Part shown: in pieces, positions 1 through 8,805 of the stretch
Layout: every line of letters starts with the position of its first letter
How positions within the stretch are numbered: the first letter of the stretch is position 1
Assembly (NCBI GenBank): GCA_002794465.1
Contig: MTSL01000178.1
Coordinates: forward strand, 10,224 to 42,223
Origin: Paramicrosporidium saccamoebae KSL3
Taxonomy: Eukaryota; Fungi; Cryptomycota
Direction: 5' to 3'
Length of the DNA: 32,000 bases
Position numbers and translations under genes: made by a program
The notes under the pieces: model-generated
The model's database searches: none
What the model was told of the DNA's origin: nothing
Seen by the model: only the letters and a program-made list of their open reading frames with translations

Positions 1-2
1 AC

Positions 3-284
3 GCTGATATCATTGATCAACCCGGCGAAATGCTGGAATTCTATTTCAAGGCGTACCGTGCTATGCAGACCATTAACATTGAATATGAAATTGAAGCATT
101 GCGACAAATGCTTGACTGTGTAAAAAGGATTCGCTCCACTCTTGATCGTTGCAAGTCGGCTGTCGATGTGGATTTCCACGAGCGCGAGTGCCAATTGAAA
201 TCAATTGTGGAAAACATTATTCGTCGCGGACAGCCCACTATGAGTGCCACTCCAGAATTTGTTGAGCTAAGGTCTCTTTTATAG
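3..284 (+). CDS. 3' end of an unidentified protein-coding gene (partial, runs off the left edge)
   Basis: The frame is open from position 3 (ADIIDQPGEMLEFYFKAY...) to TAG at 282-284 and has helical, protein-like composition. I recognise no motif. Confidence 0.55.
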   Translation, partial: ADIIDQPGEMLEFYFKAYRAMQTINIEYEIEALRQMLDCVKRIRSTLDRCKSAVDVDFHERECQLKSIVENIIRRGQPTMSATPEFVELRSLL

Positions 285-635
285 ACTGTAGAAATTATTG
301 ATAAATGTGAGTGTTGATGAACGAACTGCTTTTATCAAAGTATATGGCACTGTTAAACAGCATCCGCTTATTATTGGTGAGTGGACGAGAACATATTCAC
401 TGATTAAGAATTTGTTGCGCGAGAGCAGCAATATCATGTGTTAAGCGGTATCCGCGTATCATTAGTGATCCACCCCAGATAGTGTTCCCACAAGCCATCG
501 CGATCATATTAAGGATGGCTGCTTATAAGAAAGTCACGCACTCTAATAAAATTATTCCACACATTAACCCTATGTTTATGGATCAGAGATAAAGAGTACT
601 TATTACAATACCAGCCTCATGGATTGAGTCGAAAT

Positions 636-1124
636 TTATGATTTCTTGGGCGAACTGTTAAACTTTATCGTGGGCTTTTCGGGATACTTTCCCATCAAAT
701 CGGGTTTCTTTCCCACCAAATCGGGCTTCTTTCCCGTCATATCGGGCTTCTTGGTGTGTTTCTTTCCTTTCAACGTCCCTTTTTTCTTAACAGTCTTCTT
801 GGTTGGCTTCTTTATCGGTTTCTTTGGTGTCTCAGAGCTCCATGTGCTACTTGATACACTTGACGACGTACTACCAAACCATCCGCTAAACGAAGCTGAA
901 GATCTTGCCGCCATGGACTCTTGGATGGTCGTCACTGACTTTTTGTTCTTGTCAACTTTTTTCTGATGGCGTTTCTTCGGCGCACTCTTGAACCAGTCCT
1001 TGCTCCACTGCCATCCCCAGTAGCACGCCCAGCACACTATCGTGGTCAGCACAATGACGGCTATCAGCCATCCCAGCACCTTTAGCGTCTTCCGTAATCT
1101 TGGTCTCTCATCCATAAACTTCAT
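636..1124 (-). CDS. Orphan single-pass membrane protein with a Lys/Ser-rich tail (start at 1124 or 1115)
   Basis: 162-aa ORF with a basic N-terminus, a hydrophobic segment (VLGWLIAVIVLTTIVCWACYWGW), a Ser-rich stretch and a Lys-rich tail with KKPD repeats. No family recognised. Confidence 0.65.
   Translation of the reverse strand: MKFMDERPRLRKTLKVLGWLIAVIVLTTIVCWACYWGWQWSKDWFKSAPKKRHQKKVDKNKKSVTTIQESMAARSSASFSGWFGSTSSSVSSSTWSSETPKKPIKKPTKKTVKKKGTLKGKKHTKKPDMTGKKPDLVGKKPDLMGKYPEKPTIKFNSSPKKS
679..752. repeat. 21-bp tandem repeat, about 3.5 copies, encoding KKPDMTG/KKPDLVG/KKPDLMG on the minus strand
   Basis: tcgggatactttcccatcaaa / tcgggtttctttcccaccaaa / tcgggcttctttcccgtcata / tcgggcttctt. 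Confidence 0.85.
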
Positions 1125-1178
1125 CGCCGGATCTCGATGGCTGACTTGCCTTTGTACGGTAGGGGGCGGGAGGGGCTG

Positions 1179-1900
1179 ATGGAGGCAGGATTGTATGTGG
1201 CGGGATTGGTGGCGGTGTCGAGGGCGGTGAAGCGACAGTGGTGGGAGAGAAATGACCTGAAGGTATTAAAGGCGCGGTGTGTATATGTGCTGCTCTTGGC
1301 GCGAGTACTGACATGGGGAACCTTGCCCAAGTGGAACGTTGTACCAGTTGAAATTCTGCGGACACTTGTCCTTCTCTCTCCACTCATCTATGTGCAAGCG
1401 GTCCTCTATATGAAGGATATTTATTCAGCCCCCAAAGTGCATAGCCTCGGTAGAGTCTTTTTGGCCGTGCTGTTAGAACCAATAACGGCAATTTTAAACC
1501 AAGACTGGTATTATCTACGTGACATTATCATCGTACTCCCCCACTTCTCCCACATATGTAGGGCCCTTTTTCAGAGGAATGCGTATTCAGACAGGCATTG
1601 TTCACGAGGATCGGCCCACGGGTGTGGCTGTCGGCGCTGCACTTTTCCCTTGCGCACAGCCATTCCCTCCTGGCAGGCAGGCCCATATTGGCAGTCGTCG
1701 CTCAATGTGCAATGACATTTATATTTGGGATATTTGTGGGTCGAGTGTTTGTGAGGACCGACAGTCTGGGAACTTGTGTGCTGATCCACGCACTGTGCAA
1801 CCGCGTTGGGTTTCCCGATCCGTCAGGATTAGATCGGACGAACCTTATAGTCACAGTCTTCCTGATCTGTGCGGCCATAGCCCTTTACAGCATTATATAA
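1179..1900 (+). CDS. RCE1: CAAX prenyl protease 2 (Rce1, type II CAAX endopeptidase); one intron at 1533-1561; alternative start at 1137
   Basis: Removing the 29-nt GTA..TAG intron joins ORF 1137 to ORF 1598 and gives YYLRDIII|GPFSEECVFR, then FSLAHSH, TFIFG and LIHALCNRVGFP. These match the Rce1 EExxFR, FxxAH and HxxCNxxGFP catalytic motifs. Confidence 0.88.
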
Positions 1901-1943
1901 AGGGTTTATTACGGCCGTCTAGTCAGTATTCGACGGCCAGCAG

Positions 1944-3596
1944 CTAGTTTTTTAAAAAGGTCATTGTCAATGCTGCGATTGGAGTAGCTGTGATGCGACC
2001 ATACGGTCCAGGCTTCTCCTCAGCAGCCCCCGCCACGTCCAAATGAGTATATGCCAGTCTTTTCTGTGGCTCCACATCCAGACTGTGCTTATTGAGACCC
2101 GAAGCAATGGCAAGGAAGGCAGCTGGGTATTGATGTCCGCGGGCAATCATGCCTGAGGATCTCATGGGGATCTGTAATACATCCTCGCAATTCGTCACAG
2201 GGCTGATCACTTCATAATCTTCAGGACGCATTGTGGACACTTCCAGACAATCGCCAATCTTTTGTCCATTGCACTTCAGACGTTCTCCGAGACGCAGCAT
2301 TTTTGCAGGACCATTCTCCATGGCAGCCACATAGGGGCCATATGCATAGACACAATGACCAGTCAATGTGGCGCAGGTAAAGATACGGGCCTTTGAGGGG
2401 TCCGACGAAGCCAAAGCGCGTTCTTTCATTTGGGCCAGCAAGTCTGCCATCACCATACGTCCCTCAGCATCCGTGTTTCCTACACGTACACGCACTCCGG
2501 CTCGTGATCTGATGATTTCGTCAGCCACATATGCATTTGAACCAACTGAATTTCTAGCAAAGGCGAGGTCTACACTCAAGTTGATGTGTTTTGGCTTCAG
2601 CATTGCGCAGGTAGCCACAAACCCAGCCATCGCAGCGGCTCCGCATTTGTCCCGGGACATGCCAGTCATGTTTCCTCCCGTCTTGATGTTGGCACCACCA
2701 GTATCATAGTTGATTCCTTTTCCAACCATATATAGCTCCTCAGTCACTTGGCTCTGATCCGGAGAACGATACTCCAAGTGCACAACTCGCGGTGCGTGGC
2801 GTGGAACATGTTCGGCGGCACGAGTAACAGCAGCAAAAAGTGGGTATTCCTTCTTCAAAGTTTCAAGAGATTCAATAACGCTGACTTGGACGTTGCTCAA
2901 AGTAGACATGAACGTCTTTACCGTTTCGGCAGCATTGATAGAGCTCATGCGTTCCGGATCCGGACTGCCAATGTCACGGGCCAAACGACGGCCAGTCTCA
3001 ATCGCCTTGACAAATTCCAGCTTGGTTGCCAACACGGACTCGTCTTCGCCAAGAATCACAACTTGCAGGCCTTTAAGTGCCTTCTGCTCAAGGTCGGGCA
3101 GTGTCTCCCGAGCCTCCACTGGCTCGTGCATCTCAGCCAGAGCAGCCAGAGTGGCTACCTCGTAATAAAGAGCAAATTCGGCACGGACTGATTCTTCCAT
3201 TTTGTCAAACGGTGGCGGCTGTAGAACAAGAAGCGGACGCTTCATTGTCTCCATGGACTTGGCACGGCTTATGGCTCGCTTCACAGCCTCGGCATAGCGA
3301 CGGACATCGTCATGGTCACGGAGAAGCGGTCCGGTGGGTGTGACTATCATCTTGCCGCCCGGGAGATTGCTATTAATAATTACATTGACGTCCTTCTTCT
3401 TGGATGACTCGTCAGATTTGACAAATTCAGTGAGGAGTTTTACAGAAGGGTCCAAACTCGAGGGAATGTTGAGAGTAGCAAGCGCTTCGGCGTCATGGAA
3501 AACTACAATCACTCCATCGCAGCCTGAAACCGAGCCTGCCTGCTTCTCGCCATGAAATTGCAGGTCGGGCAACTGCATGAATTGGTAGCCGGTCAT
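1944..3596 (-). CDS. M17 family (leucyl/cytosol) aminopeptidase
   Basis: Contains GKGINYDTGGANIK, MSRDKCGAA, NTDAEGR, ATLTG and HLDVAG, so all metal-binding and catalytic M17 residues are present. First ATG at 3596; the ORF track starts at TTG 3602. Confidence 0.92.
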   Translation of the reverse strand: MTGYQFMQLPDLQFHGEKQAGSVSGCDGVIVVFHDAEALATLNIPSSLDPSVKLLTEFVKSDESSKKKDVNVIINSNLPGGKMIVTPTGPLLRDHDDVRRYAEAVKRAISRAKSMETMKRPLLVLQPPPFDKMEESVRAEFALYYEVATLAALAEMHEPVEARETLPDLEQKALKGLQVVILGEDESVLATKLEFVKAIETGRRLARDIGSPDPERMSSINAAETVKTFMSTLSNVQVSVIESLETLKKEYPLFAAVTRAAEHVPRHAPRVVHLEYRSPDQSQVTEELYMVGKGINYDTGGANIKTGGNMTGMSRDKCGAAAMAGFVATCAMLKPKHINLSVDLAFARNSVGSNAYVADEIIRSRAGVRVRVGNTDAEGRMVMADLLAQMKERALASSDPSKARIFTCATLTGHCVYAYGPYVAAMENGPAKMLRLGERLKCNGQKIGDCLEVSTMRPEDYEVISPVTNCEDVLQIPMRSSGMIARGHQYPAAFLAIASGLNKHSLDVEPQKRLAYTHLDVAGAAEEKPGPYGRITATPIAALTMTFLKN

Positions 3597-3907
3597 TATC
3601 AAATTAACACTGCAACCTTGGGAGAGTTAATATACAACAAGCCAGGGATCGCTATGACATTTATATATGTGACGTAGAGGCAGAGGGTCGATTAGTTGCT
3701 GGGTATTTGCGGACTGTGAAATGTGTCTCCATACTATTCTAGGATTAGCAGTGAATAAACCCCCCTTCCCGTCTGACAGTCCATACTATTTGTCCCCACT
3801 ACGCGACAAGGGGATATTATCCGTACATTATACTCGTTCGATCTTTACTCCAAGCTCACGCACCATACACTCTATACCACACACATAACAGTTGCATTTA
3901 TGCCTCA

Positions 3908-4810
3908 TTAGTTCTCTAAATTGATTCCAAAGCCAAAGCGACTAGTGCTGCGTACATGATCTAGTTCGCCGGAAAGAATCAAGGAGAATCCAGGGAAAAG
4001 ACGCTCCTCATATACCAGACCAACCTTGCCCATGGAATCAATCTGAGTTCGGATCAAGGCTTGCCTGTAGTCAAACTTGGCTCCCATGGTCGCAACAGCA
4101 TCTTTGCGGGGCCCAAACAGGAGCATCTGCAATTCGGTGCCCAATTCCACCCGCTCATTGACCTTGTAGAAATAGGATGCCTGCAGAGCAACCATCTGCT
4201 GCACATTTACAGCGGCAACCCATTGGTTCGATGCATAGCGGGCGGCCACATTATAGCCAATGTCAACTGGATCCGCCTGCGTTGCCTTTTGCGCAATCAC
4301 CTCCAACCCCGCACTAAAGTGCTTTGTGAGCGACTGCAGCATGCTGACTGTGTAAATCCCGCTGCCACCCTCTGCCATATCAGGATTGATCGCTTTCAAG
4401 TTTAATGAACAATCTTTTCCCTGGAGGTCTGTCTCCAACTGGGCCATCGATTGACCTGGCTGTTTCGACAACTGCGCCTGCGCCTTCAGCGTCGCTCCCT
4501 CCATGGCGCTGAAATGGTACTTTCCCTGGAAAATTCCGTTCGTATCAACCAAGCCATGGAGCAAATGCTTGCCAGATACAAAAATTCCACCAAAGTGGTA
4601 GGATGGCGGCATCATCATGGATCCAAGGGAGAAGGAGTGAGAGACTTGAAAGTTGGCGGAGAGACCCTTGGCGAGGTCCGCCTTGCCTCCGTCGAACAGG
4701 AAAGGGGTGAGGGAGACGCTGCGAGACTCACGGTGCAGGTTCTCAAACGTGCCTGGGTTGGGCAAGTCTCGGCCCTGCTTCCAATGATAAAGGGAGGAGA
4801 TGAAAGACAT
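3908..4810 (-). CDS. TOM40: Mitochondrial outer-membrane import channel Tom40
   Basis: N-terminal LPNPGTFENLHRE, alternating beta-strand pattern, and C-terminal LSGELDH...FGFGINLEN. ATG at 4810 (MSFISS). Confidence 0.95.
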   Translation of the reverse strand: MSFISSLYHWKQGRDLPNPGTFENLHRESRSVSLTPFLFDGGKADLAKGLSANFQVSHSFSLGSMMMPPSYHFGGIFVSGKHLLHGLVDTNGIFQGKYHFSAMEGATLKAQAQLSKQPGQSMAQLETDLQGKDCSLNLKAINPDMAEGGSGIYTVSMLQSLTKHFSAGLEVIAQKATQADPVDIGYNVAARYASNQWVAAVNVQQMVALQASYFYKVNERVELGTELQMLLFGPRKDAVATMGAKFDYRQALIRTQIDSMGKVGLVYEERLFPGFSLILSGELDHVRSTSRFGFGINLEN

Positions 4811-4910
4811 GCGGCTGTTAAAAGAGGCTTCCTTCCGGACCCTGGAGAAAGGGAATTCCAATGAGCTCCCAGTGAAAATTCAATGAAATTCTAATAAAGC
4901 TCGAAATAAA

Positions 4911-5788
4911 TCAAATATTTATCTTTTCAGTCCGACACTCAATCTTGGTCATGACTGACACGGCTATATCAAAGTCGTTACGATCAACCGGCGGGCATTT
5001 CTAAAATTAGTTAAACTTTGTTAGTCTTACAGAGGTAAATGCATCATATGAATCTTGATAGAGACGGGTTTCCTTCAAGATGTATTTTTTGTCAAATTCG
5101 TGATAGTATCGAGTCTCCACGCATTTTAAAAGCACATGATCGACCCGCAGAAAACAGCGTACCCTCACAAAAAACCCAAAGTCCATTACTCTCTACAATG
5201 GTCAAGACTTTACATGTCGGTGTACGAATCTCAGGTCACAGGACGCAATTCCATTGTCAGCTAGTTCATCTTCATAGAAATCCATACTTTCAAAGAATCT
5301 AACTGTCTCGGATGTACAAGAAAGCCTCTGATAATCAATGGCATCTTCTGTCTAAAAATATCAAGATGCACCACTGGGACTATACTGGGACACATTCGTG
5401 CTTAAAACCAGTCAATGTTCCTTGATGCTCATTCCAAAATGTCCAATCGTATTCAATAAAGCATCCTAGCGACGCACTTTATGATCAGCATATCCTGCTA
5501 AGAGCCTTACCTCTTCTGTTGCCAAAACTGATTTTCTGAATCTGGGATGCGGACATCTTTTGGCAGACATTTGGATACATGGAATAGGCAGTCCTTTGTG
5601 CTCAGCAAAATGCAATAACCAAGCTCGGCATGTTTGATGGATAGTGAATTGTTGGGAAAGGTCATGGTAGGAGTCGGGAATTCAAGAGCCTTAGTCAGCT
5701 CTTCAGCCTCTGGTATTGATGAAATGGAACCTTTGACAGTGCAAAATTGCCAACCAGCGTGGTTGTATTCTCTCCTGGTGAGCTCCAT
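4911..5788 (-). CDS. TIP41: TIP41/TIPRL PP2A-family phosphatase regulator; four introns at 5477-5510, 5352-5385, 5193-5225 and 5001-5030
   Basis: The spliced product contains GWQFCTVKGSI, PTMTFPNNSL, YDWTFWNEHQGTL, FYEDELADNG, RVM..F.VRCFLRVDHVL and TRYYHEF, which are the TIP41 family motifs. Only the first exon appears in the ORF track. Confidence 0.88.
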
Positions 5789-5861
5789 AACCGGAACCCT
5801 CGTTTGTGGCTGGATATTCGTTTATAGCCTGGTGCGAGGCTTGTGGGTCAAGCGAGTTAAT

Positions 5862-6088
5862 AGAGTCCAGGTTCTCTATCTCAGGTCCGCATATTTAGGA
5901 TCCAGATTCTTTGTCTCAGTTCTGCAGATTTAGAGCCCAGATTCTTTATCTCAAGTCTGCAGATTTAGAGTCAAAATGGTTTATCGCAATTCCGTATATT
6001 TGGAGACAAGACTCTTTATCTCAAGTCTGCATATTTAGAGTCCAGATTATTTATCGCAATTCCGCATATTTAGTTCAGATTCTTTATC
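5862..6088. repeat. 35-bp tandem array, about 6.5 degenerate copies, with a 70-bp higher-order pairing
   Basis: The consensus is about agagtccagattctttatctcaagtctgcatattt. Units start at 5862, 5897, 5932, 5967, 6002, 6037 and 6072. Units 3 and 5 share tttatctcaagtctgc; units 4 and 6 share tttatcgcaattccg. Confidence 0.9.
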
Positions 6089-6120
6089 AAAATTTCCCCC
6101 TATATACCCTCTATCACTAG

Positions 6121-6187
6121 GATACCCGTTAATAGCCGGGATATCTAGTTATATTCAAGATACTCGCTTACAGCCGGGATACTCGTT
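6121..6187. repeat. Duplicated 23-bp motif (GATACYCG..AGCCGGGATA) just upstream of the PRP31 start
   Basis: gatacccgttaatagccgggata (6121-6143) and gatactcgcttacagccgggata (6159-6181), plus a partial third copy gatactcgtt. Confidence 0.65.
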
Positions 6188-6193
6188 CCAATA

Positions 6194-7559
6194 ATGGTTC
6201 GTGAAGAACTTCAACGGAGGTTGGTCACCCTGTGTCCCGTATACAGTAACGGAACCGTTTCTGAATTATTCCAGGTATTATTAAGAGTGTTTGTCTGTAT
6301 TGTTTTGTAGGATATTGGCACGGCAAAGGGACAGGACTTTGATGTCATTTCGAGAGCAAACGAGCTTTTAGTCTCATTAGACGACGAACTGTTTGCCATC
6401 ACAAATGTAAGTGCACGTCTTGTCCACTGACTTGTAGTTGTTGAAGGATCGCTATACAAGCCGTTTTCCAGAAATCGAATCTCTCGGTCTGGGCTCTTTG
6501 GATTATGCTCGAACAGTCTTGAGAATTGGCGACGCCAGCGATTTGAAAACGGTAGACTTTTCTAATGTCCTACCCGCCACTACGGTTCTGGCAATGGCCA
6601 TGCCAGCCAGTACAACTATAGGAAAGATGCTTCCGAGAGAAGAACTCGAAGATGTTCTGCACCTTGCCAACGCCGTTGTACAAATGCACCAAAGCCGGCT
6701 AGAGATTTTGGCATTTTTAGAAGGAAGGATGGCACAAATTGCCCCAAACGTCACTGCCATTGTCGGTACCAAAGTGGCATCACAGTTGATTGGGATGACA
6801 GGGAGTATCACTGCGCTCTCCAAAGTTCCAGCCGGGAATATCCACGTTCTCGGAAGGTCTAAAAAGGACCTTGCTGGATTTTCGCTGAGCCATGTGAATC
6901 CTCATGCAGGAATTATCTTTGAAACGGATTTGGTAGGGAGCACCCCTCCTCAGTACAAAACCCAGGCACAGCGTCTAATCTCCAACAAAGTAGCCTTGGC
7001 TGCGCGCATTGACAGCCAAAAACAATATGCAGACGGCACCTATGGGAAGGGGCTTCGACAAGAAATCATTACAAAATTGGAAAAGCTTGCGGAGCCAGCA
7101 CCAATGTCGCGCGTCAAGCCGATCCCACCTCCACCCATCGAGTCCTCAAAGAAACGCGGCGGGAGGAGGGCAAGGAAGCAGAAGGAACTGTATGCCCAGA
7201 CGCAGATTAGAAAGATGACAAATCGCATGGAGTTTGGAAAGGCCGAGGAGGAAATTGTAGTTGGATCCTCTGTTGTCGGCCTAGGCGAGCTTGGTGTGGG
7301 ATCGGCAGGGAGCGGACGAATGAGGGCGCCGGTTGCAGATAATAAGCTGAGGGAGCACATCAAAAAGGAAAGCCAAAAGGCCTACGCTGGCACACTTGCG
7401 GCTGGCAAGGCTGCTCCTCGGCCCACATTAGCTGCATCTGGCACTTCCCTAACCGTCACTTCCGAGAGCATACAATTGCAGACTAATGTTTCCAAACAAA
7501 ACCCCTCGAACGGGAAATATTTTGGCCCAAACATGTCTTTTCGGAATAAACCGCAATAA
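6194..7559 (+). CDS. PRP31: U4/U6 snRNP protein Prp31; introns at 6275-6310 and 6407-6437
   Basis: Contains RYTSRFPEIESL, a Nop domain (SKVPAGNIHVLG, LAARID), KKRGGRRARKQKE and RKMTNRMEFG. Two upstream exons from ATG 6194 splice in frame (ISRANELLVSLDDEL matches the conserved coiled-coil). Confidence 0.92.
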
Positions 7560-7600
7560 GGAATTTACGAAAAATAGTTATTGGAGTACGTTTGTTTTCT

Positions 7601-8630
7601 ATGGAAACGTCTACTCGTGTACAGGGCGACCGACTCATCTCTGATGACGGTGTTGTGCTATATTTAAGGACCTGGCCGGTACCAAAGTGGCACATGTTAA
7701 GTTGGTAGGAAGAAGGCGAGCTAAAGAGCGTCCTGTACTGTGTCCACGGCCTGGGTGAACACATCGGCCGTTATGATGGACTCTTTCAGAGGTTCAATGC
7801 GGCAGGGATTCGGGTGCATGGCTTTGACCATCGCGGCCATGGACAGACCTACACCATGAACCGGACAACAATGACCAAAGGACATTTGGGAGACTTGATG
7901 GCTGCAATGAGAGATGTTGATGTCCTGTTAAGACTGGATCGGATGTGCTGCGTCCCACGATTTCTGGTACAGAAGCTTTGGTAACCTAATCTGACGTAGA
8001 TGGGGCATAGTATGGGTGGATTGGTTGTCCTGGCCTATGCCTTGGATGGCAGTAAGGTGGCCGGCCTGGCTGGAGTGATCGCCAGTGGTACTAAATGTGG
8101 TCTTGCCGTATAATGTTATAGCTCCAGCACTGGCACTAGGAACCCCGATCCCGCGACTAAAGCTGGCACTAGGACGGTTCGTGTCCAAATTTGCCCCAAG
8201 AATGTCCGTTTCCAGTGGACTGGACATTCAGAACATGTCAAGGGATCAGTCTGAAATTGACGGATTTCTAAACGACAAGCTGTGTCACCAAAAGATTTCC
8301 CTACTTACTGGTAAAGATCCTCTACTATGGTGACTTGTAGCTGCATCGCTTCTTGACATTGGCGAGGAGATTCGCGCCAGTGAGAGTCCCTCTATAGATA
8401 TCCCCGTCTTGGTTACCCATGGGAGTGCAGACACTATGACCTGTCCGTTGGCCAGCAAACTGTTTGTGGAGCGGGTGGCCTGTGTAGACAAGACATTCCA
8501 CTCCTTTCCCGACGCCTACCATAACTGTATTTCGATGGAAAAGTTTGACACTCTAGTGCATTTGGATATTATCCGCGACGAGGTGATAGAATTGTATCTC
8601 AGTTGGATCGTACGCAGATCAGAAATGTAG
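7601..8630 (+). CDS. MGLL: Monoglyceride lipase / lysophospholipase-like alpha/beta hydrolase; five introns at 7679-7708, 7967-7999, 8088-8121, 8311-8340 and 8527-8556
   Basis: The spliced product contains VHGLGEHIGRY, FDHRGHG, GHSMGG (nucleophile Ser), HGSAD (Asp) and AYHN (His), giving a complete triad. All junctions keep frame. Confidence 0.85.
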
Positions 8631-8805
8631 TCTTGTGAATAAATTGATGTCTGTGTTCTGGATTCACACTAACGGGGTGGCTAGGATTTACTGTACAATT
8701 TGTGCTTTTATTCTTGCCAGCTAGGGTGGCGCTTTTGTTTCACCTCCGAGACCAAGCCGGATCATTCTGCAGCCATCACCCGACCATTAATTGCTGCTTT
8801 CCCGT

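Noticed and set aside
3781-3860. Possible tRNA or hairpin (GTTCGA-like motif, TGTCCCC/GGGGATA stem)
   Set aside because: No cloverleaf or A-box/B-box spacing can be built.
5862-6088. CRISPR array
   Set aside because: The units are contiguous and degenerate with no unique spacers, there are no cas genes, and the context is eukaryotic.
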